A stretch of DNA of 64,000 bases from Raillietiella orientalis. Taxonomy: Eukaryota. How positions within the stretch are numbered: the first letter of the stretch is position 1; every line of letters starts with the position of its first letter. This document shows positions 61,401-64,000 of the stretch, one piece after another. Where the stretch lies: positions 248,001 to 312,000 of the forward strand of contig JAYWIR010000003.1 of NCBI GenBank assembly GCA_036172245.1, in the 5' to 3' direction. The position numbers and the translations under genes are program-made. The notes beneath the pieces are model-generated. The model made no database searches. It saw only the letters and a list, made by a program, of their open reading frames with translations, and was not told the origin of the DNA.

Positions 61401-63537
61401 TCGCTCGCACCCTACAATCAACCCAAGCAGCTCGAATGACAGCATAGGGGGATCGTGGTGCCTCAGGCGGTAATCGGGAATCTGTACCGAATATGCTTGA
61501 ACAAGCCAGAGTTCAAACCAATGCCTTTAAGGAGTCACCTTAGCTCTTCCACGCTAATGCAAGCGTTAAAAGGTGTAGAGTTTTCAAGCTCTAAAAGCGA
61601 AAAAAGCACCCAGCCAGAACAAAATGTCTCGAGCACTGGAATCAGTAAGATGGCATGGTGTTGACCCTGGCAAGATGGTAAAATACTTCCAGCTTTGTTT
61701 TAGCAAAGTCAGAGTGGAACATAAAAAATCAGTGACAATGCGAGCTCAGATAACCAGAAAATACCCTAACAGATTGGAACTGGAAGATAACAGACGGGGA
61801 AGTCGTTATCAAGTAACCTACTATACGTGATTTACACTCAAAGTATAATTGTGTGTCACGACTGAAATATTTGAATTGTATCTCATCATATCATTATGCT
61901 TCCCCGAACGTTCGATCCTCCGTTCACGAATCCGGAAGTTTGCAACCTCATTGGAAAATGTTCCATCGTGATTCTTGTTGCTTTGGAGGTGATTCCTTAC
62001 GAAATATGCTCTGCCCTTGGCCAAGCCAAAAAAAAAAAACACTCCGTTACAGCTTTTTAATTCTGTGACCACGGAGCACAAAACGGCACAAGAATAAAGA
62101 TGACCTCCTCGTCCAAGAGTGAATGGCAGACCTGCGGAACTCTGGCGCTGCTGGAAGATATTCATACATGAAACACTGGTTGATCACGTGGGATGTTATG
62201 GATGTCGGTCCTTGCTTTAATGGATAGGGAGTCATCAACTCTGTTTACTACTCTCTTAACAAAAAGTGAATTTAATGTTTTTCCCTTCAGCCGTTCGAAG
62301 TTTCCTCCCCAGACCTCAAATCCGGATTGATTCGCAAGAACATTCCGTTTCCGATAACCATTTCCAGCACCCAAATTCCCTCATATTTTGAGAATACCGA
62401 GTGTGAGTGCACCTTGCATTCTGATGAAACCCTTTTTGGTCCTTCGGTTTAAATTGTGCACGTATCAGTTAAAATCCGCTAATTTTGGGGTCGAAAAAGA
62501 TGGAGGTGCGCCCCTATAGAGTACCGAGATCTTTCGTCATTATTATTTCTTCAATTTCGCATTCTGTTCTTTGCCTTGAATAATGAACTCCTAATACTGA
62601 GATCTCATAATGTTATCTAACATCTGTCCGAAGATTGAATTCCAATTCGAAAAACGCGTTCTTGACTGCTTGCGTAAGTTAACAGACAAATGCCGAGGTG
62701 CCACTTCCAATGTTTCATCCTACAGTGAATGAGTGATCTCATGGTTTCTCCTCCTCTGACTGTTTTCCATGATGCCTCGGGGTGATCTTCATTTGAAAAA
62801 AAAAAATTAACACTGCATGCTTAGTGCTGTATTTAACCCAAATTCTCCTTTGCGTACGTATCAAATACATATTTTGCAAGCCAACGAGATTTTATATAAG
62901 CATTCTTCCACGCACGAGCAAATTAGAAGGGTTTTCTCGAAGATCCATTGATTTGCTTTCAGATCTCTGAAAGCAAATTTCCTAAGGGCAAAGTAAACGT
63001 TTAATTCAGTAATAATTAATACGGATCCTTTTTGAAAAACCGAATGATAAAGGCCTTGTTTGGAACACTGTGCTTTTGCACATTTCGATTTGTACAAATG
63101 AAGATGGAGAGATTTGCATATTTCAGATGGCTTTGGAAAATTCCATGGACAAAAGAACGAAAAGTTTAGTTTTAAGAGTGCTTACTTGTTTTGCAGAGGT
63201 GTGGATGGCGTCGGAGATTCGAATATCCGCCTCACCCCTCAACGTCTCGTCGGATGCAGGTCGGTTCGGAAGGTCGTGTCCGTCGTTCCTGTCAATCTGC
63301 GGCTTTCGCTTACTGACTGATGGTTGATTCTTCGACGTTCCGGAATTTAGGAATGATGTGATTACTGATTCATCAGATGATTTCAGCACTTCTTCGCTGA
63401 CTGCTTGTACAATCTCAGGATTCAGAGTGGTGAACTCATAAGTGGGATCTCCCGTGAACCGTTCCATGCACAAAAGAGATTGCATTTGCGCTCTGGGAGA
63501 TGCATCTTGTAAAATACCCCAGTCTCTGCAGTCGGTG
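53848..63537 (-). CDS. RSPH9: Radial spoke head protein 9 homolog, 5'-partial
   Basis: Exons 63537-63186 (or ending at 63366), 60039-59907, 54237-54088 and 54014-53848, all phases compatible. Motifs C..W..L...RFTGDPTYEF, EEERLSAVVTQI...IIPRG...N.LFSGLSLEEA..L.SYF and GSWALQWER....VLQNLIWPGLTFYH.P....FGNVYVGSG..N.NLPF match RSPH9. No exon for the N-terminal FWG..G...DYYI motif seen in the window. Confidence 0.9.
58371..58400. repeat. (TC)15 microsatellite in an RSPH9 intron
   Basis: Read directly from the sequence. Confidence 0.95.
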
Positions 63538-64000
63538 CTGCAAGGAAAACGGTAGCAGCGAGCGAAACACTGTTTTTAAAAGCTCTTTGCTTTGTCTGCT
63601 AGGAAAGCCGTAAGGACTTACTTAAAGAACCGAGTTCACTCGCATTCAAAATACGGCTTAATTGAAAGGGACGGCTGGATTTCCGTATTTATTGTCTACA
63701 ACTTCTTCGAGGTCGACTAACTGAACCCCAATGAATAAGCATTTGCAGGAACTTGCGATCGCTAGCAAAATACCTGAGTGTACCGTGTTTGCAACGAGAT
63801 CGTGTCGAACGATCATCGCGAGGAGTTTCTGCGCACCGAACGCCCCGCGGCCGCAAAGGGATGCCGCAAAGGGCGGGCCCGGAAAATGAGATCTGGGTCG
63901 AAAGGGAGACGCCAGTGTCCGAGGTGCCCATGGTCCGCGAATGGGATGAATTTCACGCCGTGGGGATCGTTTGGCTTTTCAAGGTTTCACGAATCAAATA

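Noticed and set aside
63689..63931. ORF as first exon of RSPH9
   Set aside because: It has a phase-compatible donor (CTCAG|GTATTT) but no similarity to the RSPH9 N-terminus; the true exon is probably outside the window.

Overview
Eukaryotic, intron-containing DNA, almost certainly from an arthropod (boudin- and crooked-type Ly6 genes, Rbp-type RIM-binding protein). I traced nine recognisable genes by hand with phase-compatible GT..AG junctions. Minus strand: 5' part of a RIM-binding protein gene (runs off the left edge), a CCDC42/CFAP73-like gene, IMP3, boudin, crooked and RSPH9 (5' part probably off the right edge). Plus strand: a HIG1-domain gene, NAF1 and a third Ly6 gene. The most striking observation is a dual-coding locus at 35378-36996. 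A spliced HIG1-domain (HIGD2A/Rcf1-like) ORF overlaps the first 379 nt of the NAF1 ORF in another frame. Its 51-nt intron keeps the NAF1 frame open, and if retained it stops HIG1 at a TGA that overlaps an in-frame NAF1 ATG (ATGA). Also notable: 39-43 nt introns, a bou-crok septate-junction pair, overlapping 3' ends of NAF1 and bou, sharp GC-rich/AT-rich blocks, two tandem arrays and several unassigned orphan ORFs. Homology calls come from my recall of family motifs, not database searches, and GC values are estimates by eye. Most short ORFs in the supplied track are spurious.
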